This document shows, one piece after another, positions 19,763-28,460 of a stretch of 64,000 bases of DNA. The notes under the pieces are model-generated. The model worked only from the letters and a program-made list of their open reading frames with translations. It had not been told where the DNA came from and searched no databases. Made by a program: the position numbers and the translations under genes. The stretch is from a virus (taxonomy: Duplodnaviria > Heunggongvirae > Uroviricota > Caudoviricetes), in the IMG/VR virus record IMGVR_UViG_2703718819_000006; one strand, given 5' to 3'. The stretch's first letter is position 1; each line of letters opens with the position of its first letter.

Positions 19763-19966
19763 ATGGTCAGCTATGACAAGATCCGCGCGGAATATCGCGC
19801 AAAGTATCGTGCTTATAAACTGGAATTAATCGATGATTTAATCGCGCAACGCGACCAATTAAATTTTACGTTTTCTGATTTGCTTAACAGCAAGCGAGAT
19901 TGCAAGCGCAAACGTGAATACTTACGTTTAAGCGCATTAATCGGAAAACTGCAAAATTCTATTTAA
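19763..19966 (+). CDS. hypothetical small basic protein (start at MVSYDK)
   Basis: ORF-track start 19718 lies inside upstream hairpin; ATG at 19763 has SD AAAGGAG. Confidence 0.35.
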   Translation: MVSYDKIRAEYRAKYRAYKLELIDDLIAQRDQLNFTFSDLLNSKRDCKRKREYLRLSALIGKLQNSI

Positions 19967-19986
19967 TTTTTTTAAGGAGCTTAATC

Positions 19987-20217
19987 ATGTTTGTTCTTAT
20001 CGCTGACGTTAACGTCCACAATGAATATTATGTTAATCGCATCGCTGGGATCGCTGGTTACGCTGGGCGCGCAGTCGAGCTTATAGATGAAACGACGCGC
20101 AAAATTGACTTATTGAGCGACCAGGAGCGAAAAAAAGCAGACGTGAACGACGCTGATATTTTTTTAATGTTAAAAGCGTTTGTAGAAATGGGATTTAAAA
20201 TCAGTTTACACAAATAA
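19987..20217 (+). CDS. hypothetical small protein
   Basis: 76 aa; SD AAGGAG upstream; strong terminator immediately downstream. Confidence 0.4.
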   Translation: MFVLIADVNVHNEYYVNRIAGIAGYAGRAVELIDETTRKIDLLSDQERKKADVNDADIFLMLKAFVEMGFKISLHK

Positions 20218-20221
20218 AATC

Positions 20222-20248
20222 GAGCGCCCACTATGGGCGCTTTTTTCG
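20222..20248 (+). terminator. rho-independent terminator AGCGCCCACTATGGGCGCT + TTTTTT
   Basis: Hairpin plus T-run seen in sequence; sister hairpin AGCGCCCACAGTGGGCGCT at 19726-19747. Confidence 0.6.
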
Positions 20249-20699
20249 TTTCCAATACTCCCACCATAACGCGCCAATGATGGCGCGTTTTTATTGTCTT
20301 TAACTCACTCCAACAACATAAAAATAAGCGCCAAAATAACGCCATAGACGCGCTTTTACATCCTTACCAGTACATACCCATTACTTAACACATTAACGCG
20401 CTTAAAACGCGTTATATTGCGCTATAGAGTATGGTTAATCATTGGCTTTTAGTCTTGCCATGTGATCCGCGTTAATTTGTCGGTGCGGATCGGCATTTTG
20501 TTTTGTTCTGTATCCGCTCGCGTATTATGTGCGCGTAATTTTTCACATAATCACACCACTTAATCACGTATGTGATTATGCTACGAAAGAAATCTGGATG
20601 TCTCAGGTGACGAAAGTCATCATAATTTTCCCCGCTCACCTGTCCGACAACCGCTGGTTGGATTCCACCAGCTTCCCGATGTTTTTTCTACATAAAGGC

Positions 20700-20825
20700 G
20701 AATGCAGCCGTTTCCCGAAAAAATCCTGGCCGTTTCCCGTCGGCTCATGAATACGTTCCTCGCCGTTTCTGAAATTTCCCTGCGGCAGCTGGTGGCTATA
20801 GAGAAAGGGCCGTTTCTGGCCCTCT
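20700..20825. repeat. array of GCCGTTTC(C/T) direct repeats (at least 4 units)
   Basis: Seen in sequence; second array at 23835-23965. Confidence 0.6.
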
Positions 20826-20831
20826 TCTCAG

Positions 20832-21314
20832 TTACACGCCATCAAGGATGTGGATGCGGTTGCTTGCGTATACATTCAGCATAAAGTTAGCGCAAAACAG
20901 TTTCCATGTATCAACGCCAGCGGCATACGTAATGTTTTTGCATTTTATTGCATTGTTGGCGATCCGCATCCCCTGTGATACTGCTTCATCGTCGGAAAAT
21001 TTGAACGACGATTGAGTTTTAATCCAGACAGAAATCTGCGTAGCGAACTCAATCAGCTTGGACTGGCAGAATCGCCCGGAGCGCACCGGAAAGACGAACG
21101 TTCCGAATCCAGAATTTACCACATACGCTTTCTCAAATACCCGCGAGTAACGACGATTGCCAATGATGTCGCGTGCAATAATGCATTTTTCTTGTGCTGA
21201 CAGTTCTACCGTCTCATTGTCGCGCCATGCACCAAGTACTCGTTTTTCAATGTCAGAGAACGTTACAGCGATATTGCCATGTGCGGGTGCGTTTACAGTA
21301 GCGATAAAATTCAT
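20832..21314 (-). CDS. hypothetical protein
   Basis: 160 aa ORF with family-1 motif just upstream. Confidence 0.45.
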   Translation of the reverse strand: MNFIATVNAPAHGNIAVTFSDIEKRVLGAWRDNETVELSAQEKCIIARDIIGNRRYSRVFEKAYVVNSGFGTFVFPVRSGRFCQSKLIEFATQISVWIKTQSSFKFSDDEAVSQGMRIANNAIKCKNITYAAGVDTWKLFCANFMLNVYASNRIHILDGV

Positions 21315-21335
21315 GATTAATTCCTTATCGTAAAT

Positions 21336-21350
21336 AACAAATTGTTTTCT
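21336..21350. promoter_or_regulatory. family-1 motif AACAAATTGTTTTCT
   Basis: About 20 bp upstream of start at 21314. Confidence 0.5.
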
Positions 21351-21399
21351 TGTTGGTGTTAATTATCGTTGTACGAATAAGGCGTCAAAGTGGAAAGTT

Positions 21400-21485
21400 G
21401 CGGTAGCCGGACGGGAACAGGTGGGTTTGTCGGTTGCCTGGAGGTAAGAGGTTGGTGTTATTAGCCTGAGGGAAACAGGATGGTC
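21400..21485. repeat. ~30-bp direct repeats CGGTAGCC(G/T)G..(A)AGAGGTTGG (3 units)
   Basis: Seen in sequence; second cluster 24548-24645. Confidence 0.5.
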
Positions 21486-21518
21486 ATTTAAGGCCACCAG
21501 CATTGGTGGCCTTAATAA

Positions 21519-21662
21519 TTATCGCCCGATTACGCTAAGGATCTTTTCCTCAACTGATTTGTTGTTGCGACTAAACTGCCTTGCGTATCTGATGACAGAA
21601 GAGGCGTTTTGCTTTCTGACCATCTCGGCTCTTTCCTTCAGGCGTTTCTTGAAATCGCCCAT
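21519..21662 (-). CDS. possible small basic protein (47 aa, MGDFKKRLKERAEM...)
   Basis: Own translation; ATG 3 nt after upstream gene stop; below ORF-track size cutoff. Confidence 0.2.
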   Translation of the reverse strand: MGDFKKRLKERAEMVRKQNASSVIRYARQFSRNNKSVEEKILSVIGR

Positions 21663-21664
21663 AT

Positions 21665-22081
21665 TTACCACCAGGCGCAGAAGGTCAGTCTGTTATTGTC
21701 AAAGTCGTGGTTCTTAATCAGATCTTCCACAAGCTCTTTCAACTGCCCCACATCATGCCAGTAACCTTCATCGTACTCCTGACTGCCGAAGAAAAAACCT
21801 TCCCGGGTAGGCAAGTACTCTTCGCAATTACTTTCGTTTATGTGCATCAAATGAGCCTTCAGAAAACAAATGTCATTCATCGTTAATTCTAAAAGCTCAC
21901 AATTTTCGACTTCACCTACGTTGCGCTCCATCCACCCAACGAGCGCATTGAACTTACGGAAGTAAGCAACCCGCTTTCTGGATGCCTCGTTATTCAGATC
22001 GTTTTTAGGCTGCGTCTCGATATAGATATCAAGTCCCATGATGGTTTCCTTATTAAGTTGCTTCAGTGAAATCATTTTCAC
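21665..22081 (-). CDS. hypothetical protein
   Basis: 138 aa; family-1 motif upstream. Confidence 0.45.
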   Translation of the reverse strand: MKMISLKQLNKETIMGLDIYIETQPKNDLNNEASRKRVAYFRKFNALVGWMERNVGEVENCELLELTMNDICFLKAHLMHINESNCEEYLPTREGFFFGSQEYDEGYWHDVGQLKELVEDLIKNHDFDNNRLTFCAWW

Positions 22082-22095
22082 AAACCAGATAAGGC

Positions 22096-22110
22096 AGAAA
22101 ACAAATTGTT
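22096..22110. promoter_or_regulatory. family-1 motif AGAAAACAAATTGTT
   Basis: Immediately upstream of start at 22081. Confidence 0.5.
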
Positions 22111-22156
22111 ATCGGGCATAAGAAAATGGCGCGGTTTACGCGCCATTTAAAGAGGA

Positions 22157-22552
22157 TTAAGCGAATACGCTTTCAGGAATTAAGGTGTCAGCAGGAATGC
22201 CGGAGGTAATCCGCAGGCCGTACTGGCCAATCCAGGTAGTGTTGGTATTCAGGCTGGAGGCGAATACGGTGTTAACCATATTCATCATGGTTTCAAACAC
22301 CTCTTCATCAACCTGGCGGAAGTAGTTCTCGATTTTCAGCAGCAGCGGGTCAGTTGCATCGAAAATAGACTGGTATTGAGTCGCGTACTCGCCGCCGGAG
22401 GCCTCACCTTTACGCACGATCGTACTGGCCTGGACTTCGGCGCCAGTTTCGGTGTTGTACGTAACAACGGTGATTTTTGCCACATTCTTACCTTCGGCGG
22501 TTTCAGAGGCATAGTAAACATCAACTGTCAGTTTTTCGCGTTTAACGGTCAT
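22157..22552 (-). CDS. hypothetical protein (start at MTVKRE with SD GGAG)
   Basis: ORF-track start 22618 would include family-2 palindrome and terminator; internal ATG at 22552 has proper SD. Confidence 0.45.
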   Translation of the reverse strand: MTVKREKLTVDVYYASETAEGKNVAKITVVTYNTETGAEVQASTIVRKGEASGGEYATQYQSIFDATDPLLLKIENYFRQVDEEVFETMMNMVNTVFASSLNTNTTWIGQYGLRITSGIPADTLIPESVFA

Positions 22553-22595
22553 TTCACTCTCCGTAGTGTTTTGGTTATTTTTATATTCTATGATC

Positions 22596-22611
22596 GTAAG
22601 TATGTACTTAC
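22596..22611. promoter_or_regulatory. family-2 palindrome GTAAGTATGTACTTAC
   Basis: Upstream of start at 22552. Confidence 0.4.
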
Positions 22612-22642
22612 AATACAAAAAAGCCCCGTAAGGATGGCGGGG
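22612..22642 (-). terminator. hairpin GCCCCGCCATCCTTACGGGGC + T-run on minus strand
   Basis: Seen in sequence downstream of 22679 stop. Confidence 0.55.
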
Positions 22643-22678
22643 CTGTCGTACGGTCGACTAATTACCACTTGCACATTA

Positions 22679-23020
22679 TCAGGCTATTGCCATCACTGAT
22701 GCTCTCTGAATCTCTTGCTGGGCCACGCGGTTAACTTCCATCAAAGCCAGTTCGAGCTGATGTTCCGGCCACATTCTTTGAAATGCCACCCAGCCTTTTC
22801 CACGCTGGCGACGAACATTCATTACATAACGAGTAAAGGTGTTTTTATCGAAAGACACCGCTGTTTCACGGAACAGACGAATAGAGGTTCCATTGGCAAC
22901 GATGTCCAGCAAAGTTAATTGAGCAACCAGCGCAGGCTTCTCTTTTCTCTTCTGGTCTTTGTCCAGACCAAGAACCAATGATTTTTTCATCACAACTCCG
23001 TAAACAACTTGTTTTCTCAA
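22679..23020 (-). CDS. hypothetical protein
   Basis: 113 aa; family-1 motif upstream. Confidence 0.45.
   Translation of the reverse strand: MRKQVVYGVVMKKSLVLGLDKDQKRKEKPALVAQLTLLDIVANGTSIRLFRETAVSFDKNTFTRYVMNVRRQRGKGWVAFQRMWPEHQLELALMEVNRVAQQEIQRASVMAIA
23002..23017. promoter_or_regulatory. family-1 motif AAACAACTTGTTTTCT
   Basis: Overlaps/abuts start at 23020 region. Confidence 0.5.
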
Positions 23021-23143
23021 TGGCGTAAATAATACCAGTAAGAAAACGGCTACAAAGCATATTGATCAGGTGCATGAGCTATATGCAGGTTCTTCACTGC
23101 GGCTATAGAGAAATTAAGCCAGCAATGCTGGCTTTGGTTGTGA

Positions 23144-23491
23144 TTACGCGAATACCTCAAGAAACTCCTGAACGTCCCAATGCTGGACGAGGTGAAGATA
23201 GACCTTAGAAATCACGTCATTTTCGCTATCGCATGTGAAGTAGTACTTCTGGCTGCGGTTGTATGTGTCCACACAAAATTCGCTCATATCCATAAAGTCA
23301 GCATCTTCACCCAGGTCGCTGATCATCAAAGCAGGTGCGTCATCACGAGTCATCAGTTCCAGCACCCATCTTGAATTAATCAGAGTGGAAGACCAACCTT
23401 CTAACTCATAAAACTGATCAAACTCTTTTTGAGTTAATTTCTTGATTTGGTTGATGTCGATATTTGCAAACATAAAGCAATCCTTAAACAA
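23144..23491 (-). CDS. hypothetical acidic protein
   Basis: 115 aa; family-1 motif upstream. Confidence 0.45.
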   Translation of the reverse strand: MFKDCFMFANIDINQIKKLTQKEFDQFYELEGWSSTLINSRWVLELMTRDDAPALMISDLGEDADFMDMSEFCVDTYNRSQKYYFTCDSENDVISKVYLHLVQHWDVQEFLEVFA

Positions 23492-23501
23492 CTTGTTTTC
23501 T
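23486..23501. promoter_or_regulatory. family-1 motif AAACAACTTGTTTTCT
   Basis: Abuts start at 23491. Confidence 0.5.
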
Positions 23502-23834
23502 TGATGGTGTTATTATCGCAACAACGCACAGGCGAAAAAGGATTTTATTCCGGTGAATGTGGTTTTGGCAGTGAGTTTTCAGGTTCAGTACCGAGTACAC
23601 TTTTTACATTATTCTGATTTAGTGGCCGAAGGTGGCTGGTGGGCAGAATAATCATCTCCCCGAAAACCTACTGAAATCGATTGTGACCCGTTGGCTGTCT
23701 GGCACAATTACGCTGTAGTTGGGCATTCAGAGGGAATCCAACGGTAAGTAAGTTCGCCTGCACGTGAGCGCCTCTCTTCTTCCCGCACATTACAGGTGGG
23801 TAGCCGCAACTCTCCCTCTCGCTATACCGGTACG

Positions 23835-23965
23835 CCGCCGTTCCTGAACCGGCATCGAGCCTTTTCCCGAAATCCACACAGGCAACTCGACCGTTTCCCT
23901 GAAAACCTCCAGCCGTTCCTCGAAGGCAACCCAGCCGTTTCTGTAGCGGGATGCAGCCTTTTCCC
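23835..23965. repeat. array of GCC(G/T)TT(T)CC(C)TG direct repeats (6 units, ~22-25 bp spacing)
   Basis: Seen in sequence. Confidence 0.6.
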
Positions 23966-24229
23966 TGTATGGACCGAAGGCTGACCGTAGGGGTGTTACG
24001 GGGGATAAAATCAGGAGTTGAATAAATACGAAAAAGGAGGCGACACCCCTCCTTCCCTCCCCACTTATACATACCTGTCTTGTTCGCTATACATGTTGTG
24101 TTTTCTTCGTGTTTTATCTGTTTCAACCTCTCTATAGGCGTTAATGCTCACTCCTTCCAGAACGTTCTATACGGCGACTATTTCTGTTGGTGAATTGGGT
24201 GTGTTGTTTTCTCTGTCGGTGTATGTGGT

Positions 24230-24660
24230 TTCGTTCGTTTTGCGGTGGTTCTTCTATGGGGTGTTCTCGTCGTTTTGGTGATTGTTCTTCTCCGTGTATG
24301 GAGTAATGGCAGGTGGGCGATTCCTTTCGTTGTTGTGTTTGAGTTGTTTGTCTGGAGTGTGTGGAAGGCTTTTGTAGTTATTCGTGTATTGGGTAATGGC
24401 GTTTCCCGTGATTGTTATGTTTCGTGTCTTTTGGGGTTGAGAGAATCCTTGCGGTTACAGGCTTCGTTGGGTTTTCAGTGATTCTGGTGTTTCTTCGCTG
24501 TTTGGGGAATGGCGTGTCGTGGGTATCGCGCGTATGAATGTTTTCGGATTGCCTGTGAAAGTTAGGTTGGTTGTCCGGTAGCCTGGGGAGAAGAGGTGGG
24601 TCTTTTCGGTAGCCTGCCATAAAGAGGTTGGTTGTTTTTGGGAATGGCATTTGTGTTATT
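24230..24660. repeat. GT-rich strand-skewed region with ~100-bp periodic GG(G)TAATGGC(G) units
   Basis: Four units near 24290, 24385, 24497, 24637; plus strand almost devoid of A/C runs. Confidence 0.5.
24548..24645. repeat. ~30-bp direct repeats CGGTAGCCTG..AAGAGGTTGGTTGT (3 units)
   Basis: Seen in sequence; matches 21400-21485. Confidence 0.5.
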
Positions 24661-25028
24661 TAGTTGTTTTGTTATGCCTGAAAATAAGTTGTTTATATGG
24701 TTGTGTAACGCAACGGGAGCGATTTTGAGCGTGTGTTTTTGTTGGTAGTGTGTTGGGTCGTCTGTGGTGAAAATTGGACGCTGTGGCGCTGTCTGCTGCG
24801 TAGAGTTACGGGTATAAGAAGTGATGTGTGAAAACGTCAATTTTTTAGACCAAATCGGGTGAAAGCGTTGACGTTTCGTTGATCTGTTATTTAGTTGTTT
24901 TCTTATTTGTATAAACAACCATAACCTATTGATATTTAAGGGTATGATTGCAGGTATGGAAGTGGGGTAGTGGCGATCAACGGATTCTTATAGAAAAGAA
25001 TCAAATTGTGACCGCCATTATCAATGTT

Positions 25029-25763
25029 TTACATAGTTTTGTTTAGCAGAGAGAGAATTTCATCACTAATTTCACTCGCCTGTTTGATAGCCAATGCAGT
25101 TACCTCTTCTATGGTTGGTGACTGTTGATGCTCATGTTTGGTTTCAGTTATGACAATGTGTTCTTCACCTGAATTTGCGCATAGTGCCGCATTGACGATA
25201 AGGTTTGAGTAAGAATTTAGCAGAGCACTGTTGATGAACGCTTTCACGGTATTACTGTCTGCACCAAATACATCTTTTCTGACCGCTTCAGCCTCACAGC
25301 GAACCCCTGCAGCAACATCGTGAAGAACATGTATGGCCTTGGGGCTTGTTTGTTCACAGTACTCAATCATTATTGTCGAATTGTTCTGTTCAACAAACGA
25401 TCTGATGCCTGACGATTCACCCATAGCATCGAAGGCAGCGTGACCCGCACTGGTAGAGATATCTTCATAGAGTTCTTCATCGCTATCTTTTTCTTCAGGT
25501 GTCGAGGTGTCTTCATCGTCGTAATAGATATTGCCTTTAATCAGTGTTTTGGACACTTGATATAAACAATAAGAAACGAGATTTAAGCATTGGATTTTAG
25601 CTGTATTGTCCTTTGTCGCCTCGCTCTTCAGTTCTTTCGCTTCTTCAGTAAGGCTGTTGATAAGACTTTGTATTTTTTCCAACGCGTTAGGCGCACACTC
25701 CGCGTTGTCCATAAAGAATTTATAACCAGTCCCAGGGATTTCTAAACTTTTCAACTTTTTCAT
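25029..25763 (-). CDS. hypothetical protein
   Basis: 244 aa ORF, acidic stretches. Confidence 0.45.
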   Translation of the reverse strand: MKKLKSLEIPGTGYKFFMDNAECAPNALEKIQSLINSLTEEAKELKSEATKDNTAKIQCLNLVSYCLYQVSKTLIKGNIYYDDEDTSTPEEKDSDEELYEDISTSAGHAAFDAMGESSGIRSFVEQNNSTIMIEYCEQTSPKAIHVLHDVAAGVRCEAEAVRKDVFGADSNTVKAFINSALLNSYSNLIVNAALCANSGEEHIVITETKHEHQQSPTIEEVTALAIKQASEISDEILSLLNKTM

Positions 25764-25808
25764 TTCTTTGATAATCCTAAAAACAAACTACCAATGCTTT
25801 AATATCTG

Positions 25809-26117
25809 TTACCAGTTCCAGCACTCAAGCCCTTCAACGACTGGTGCTCCACAATCAAAATGTACAGAGTCAAAGCCTACATCAAGTACTTTCTGAATGT
25901 TAGCAATCGCGCCTTCGGATATACCATATCGACGCAAGTCGTCTTTCCAGACATCATCCTGTAACCCGGCGTGAACAATACAACCGCCATCAATTTGTGA
26001 AACCCAATCCAGCTCATTGCTTGCGATCATGAATCGGCGAGCATCTTCCTCTGATGTATGAGATGAACTGATCAATGCCACCTGGTAGGCTTGGGTAATG
26101 TTCAACATTTCAACCAC
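25809..26117 (-). CDS. hypothetical protein
   Basis: 102 aa; family-1 motif directly upstream. Confidence 0.45.
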   Translation of the reverse strand: MVEMLNITQAYQVALISSSHTSEEDARRFMIASNELDWVSQIDGGCIVHAGLQDDVWKDDLRRYGISEGAIANIQKVLDVGFDSVHFDCGAPVVEGLECWNW

Positions 26118-26121
26118 TCCG

Positions 26122-26137
26122 AAACAATTTGTTTTCT
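26122..26137. promoter_or_regulatory. family-1 motif AAACAATTTGTTTTCT
   Basis: Upstream of 26117 start. Confidence 0.5.
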
Positions 26138-26169
26138 TATGTGGCTTATTATCTCAATCAACAAAAGGT

Positions 26170-26186
26170 AGAAAACAAATTGTTTT
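26170..26186. promoter_or_regulatory. family-1 motif, opposite orientation (AGAAAACAAATTGTTTT)
   Basis: Forms inverted pair with 26122-26137; last phage-type element before host-type metG terminator. Confidence 0.5.
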
Positions 26187-26214
26187 AGGGCTTGTGTAAA
26201 TCAGGAGGGATTGT

Positions 26215-26250
26215 GTCTATATGAAAATGCCCAGCGTGTTGCCGGGCATT
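26215..26250 (-). terminator. metG terminator hairpin (AATGCCC..GGGCATT) + T-run
   Basis: Seen in sequence just downstream of metG stop. Confidence 0.5.
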
Positions 26251-26269
26251 GTGAAAAATGGTTGTTTAG

Positions 26270-28303
26270 TTACTTAACTTGGTGGCCTGGTTTAGCACCA
26301 GCATCCGGGCTTAACAGGAAGATATCTTTTCCGCCAGGGCCAGCAGCCATCACCATGCCTTCGGAGATACCGAAGCGCATTTTACGCGGTGCCAGGTTAG
26401 CCACCATAATGGTGTGACGACCAATCAGTGCCTGTGGATCTGGATAAGCGGAACGAATGCCTGAGAAGACATTACGTTTTTCTCCGCCGAGATCCAGTGT
26501 CAGGCGCAGCAGTTTGTCAGAACCTTCGACAAACTCCGCGTTTTCAATCAGTGCCACGCGCAGGTCAACTTTGGCGAAGTCGTCAAAGGTGATGGTTTCC
26601 TGAATCGGATCGTCTGCCAGCGGGCCAGTTACCGGTGCGGCAGCGGCTTTGACTTCTTCTTTAGACGCTTCCACCAGTGCTTCAACCTGCTTCATATCGA
26701 TACGGTTATACAGAGCTTTGAACGGATTCACTTTATGTCCCAACAGCGGTTGCTGGATACCATCCCAGGTCAGTTCCGTATTGAGGAATGCCTCTGCACG
26801 TTCAGTCAGTTTTGGCAGTACCGGTTTCAGGTACGTCATCAGCACGCGGAACAGGTTAATGCCCATAGAGCAAATCGCCTGCAGATCGGCATCGCGACCT
26901 TCCTGCTTCGCCACCACCCACGGAGCCTGTTCATCGACATAGCGGTTAGCCAGGTCAGCCAGTGCCATGATTTCACGGATAGCTTTACCAAATTCGCGGC
27001 TTTCCCATGCTTCGCCAATCACTTCAGCGGCATCAGTAAAGGTTTTGTACAGTTGCGGGTCAGCCAGTTCGCTTGCCAGCACGCCGTCAAAACGCTTGTT
27101 GATAAAGCCTGCATTACGGGAGGCCAGGTTAACCACTTTGTTCACGATATCGGCATTCACGCGCTGAACGAAATCCTCCAGGTTGAGATCGATATCATCA
27201 ATGCGCGAAGAGAGTTTCGCAGTGTAGTAGTAACGCAGGCTGTCGGCGTCAAAATGATTCAGCCAGGTGCTGGCTTTAATAAAGGTGCCGCGAGACTTGG
27301 ACATCTTCGCACCGTTCACCGTCACATAGCCATGAACAAACAGGTTGGTCGGCTTGCGGAAGTTGCTGCCTTCTAGCATGGCAGGCCAGAACAGGCTGTG
27401 GAAGTAAACGATATCTTTGCCGATGAAGTGGTACAGCTCGGCGGTAGAGTCTTTCTTCCAGTATTCGTCGAAGCTGGTGGTGTCGCCGCGTTTGTCGCAC
27501 AGATTCTTGAAGGAACCCATGTAGCCAATCGGCGCGTCCAGCCAGACGTAGAAATATTTGCCCGGCGCGTTCGGAATTTCAAAACCGAAGTAAGGCGCAT
27601 CGCGGGAGATATCCCACTGTTGCAGGCCGGATTCAAACCATTCCTGCATTTTGTTTGCCACCTGCTCCTGCAACGCGCCGCTGCGGGTCCATGCCTGCAA
27701 CATTTCGCTGAAAGAAGGCAGATCAAAGAAGAAGTGTTCAGAATCACGCATTACCGGCGTAGCGCCAGAAACCACCGATTTCGGTTCAATCAGTTCAGTC
27801 GGGCTGTATGTCGCGCCGCAGACTTCACAGTTATCGCCGTATTGATCTGGCGCTTTACATTTCGGGCAGGTGCCTTTTACAAAACGGTCCGGCAGGAACA
27901 TGCCTTTTTCCGGGTCGTACAGCTGAGAGATGGTGCGGTTTTTAATAAAACCGTTCTCTTTCAGGCGAGTATAGATAAGCTCAGACAACTGACGGTTCTC
28001 TTCGCTGTGCGTCGAGTGATAGTTGTCATAGCTGATGTTAAAGCCTGCGAAATCAGTCTGATGTTCCTGACTCATTTCGCCAATCATCTGTTCCGGTGTG
28101 ATACCAAGCTGCTGTGCTTTCAGCATGATTGGCGTACCGTGGGCATCGTCGGCACAGATGAAATTAACCTCGTGGCCGCGCATTCGCTGGTAACGAACCC
28201 AGACATCAGCCTGGATGTGCTCCAGCATATGGCCGAGGTGGATTGAGCCGTTAGCGTACGGCAGCGCGCACGTCACCAGAATTTTCTTCGCGACTTGGGT
28301 CAT
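26270..28303 (-). CDS. metG: methionine--tRNA ligase
   Basis: Translation from ATG at 28303 ([48 protein letters not shown]...) has class-I HIGH motif and KMSKS (GAKMSKSRG) and matches my recollection of enterobacterial MetG essentially residue for residue; the 43-aa extension in the ORF track is spurious. Confidence 0.95.
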   Translation of the reverse strand: MTQVAKKILVTCALPYANGSIHLGHMLEHIQADVWVRYQRMRGHEVNFICADDAHGTPIMLKAQQLGITPEQMIGEMSQEHQTDFAGFNISYDNYHSTHSEENRQLSELIYTRLKENGFIKNRTISQLYDPEKGMFLPDRFVKGTCPKCKAPDQYGDNCEVCGATYSPTELIEPKSVVSGATPVMRDSEHFFFDLPSFSEMLQAWTRSGALQEQVANKMQEWFESGLQQWDISRDAPYFGFEIPNAPGKYFYVWLDAPIGYMGSFKNLCDKRGDTTSFDEYWKKDSTAELYHFIGKDIVYFHSLFWPAMLEGSNFRKPTNLFVHGYVTVNGAKMSKSRGTFIKASTWLNHFDADSLRYYYTAKLSSRIDDIDLNLEDFVQRVNADIVNKVVNLASRNAGFINKRFDGVLASELADPQLYKTFTDAAEVIGEAWESREFGKAIREIMALADLANRYVDEQAPWVVAKQEGRDADLQAICSMGINLFRVLMTYLKPVLPKLTERAEAFLNTELTWDGIQQPLLGHKVNPFKALYNRIDMKQVEALVEASKEEVKAAAAPVTGPLADDPIQETITFDDFAKVDLRVALIENAEFVEGSDKLLRLTLDLGGEKRNVFSGIRSAYPDPQALIGRHTIMVANLAPRKMRFGISEGMVMAAGPGGKDIFLLSPDAGAKPGHQVK

Positions 28304-28460
28304 AGTAGGCATTACTTCTTTGTAGTGAAAAGGGGCTTGATAGTAACAAAATGGCCTTATGTCTGCCATGTGATAACAGCATTTCTCATAAATGATTAAA
28401 TGTCGTAGCTGGAGTACACTACAAGGCGACAATTGCGCAAATTAAAATAAAGGAGACGGG

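Noticed and set aside
23668-24918. ORFs in the repeat/GT-skewed region (23668..24126, 24245..24481, 24378..24650, 24562..24918)
   Set aside because: Translations are low-complexity products of strand compositional skew and direct repeats; no RBS context; the region is better explained as non-coding cis-acting DNA.
26649-28246. Plus-strand ORFs inside metG (26735..27376, 27398..28246 and others)
   Set aside because: Antisense shadows of a highly confident housekeeping gene.
28304-28432. 43-aa N-terminal extension of metG in the ORF track
   Set aside because: Canonical MetG N-terminus ([10 protein letters not shown]) begins at ATG 28303; the extension has no homology and covers the promoter region.
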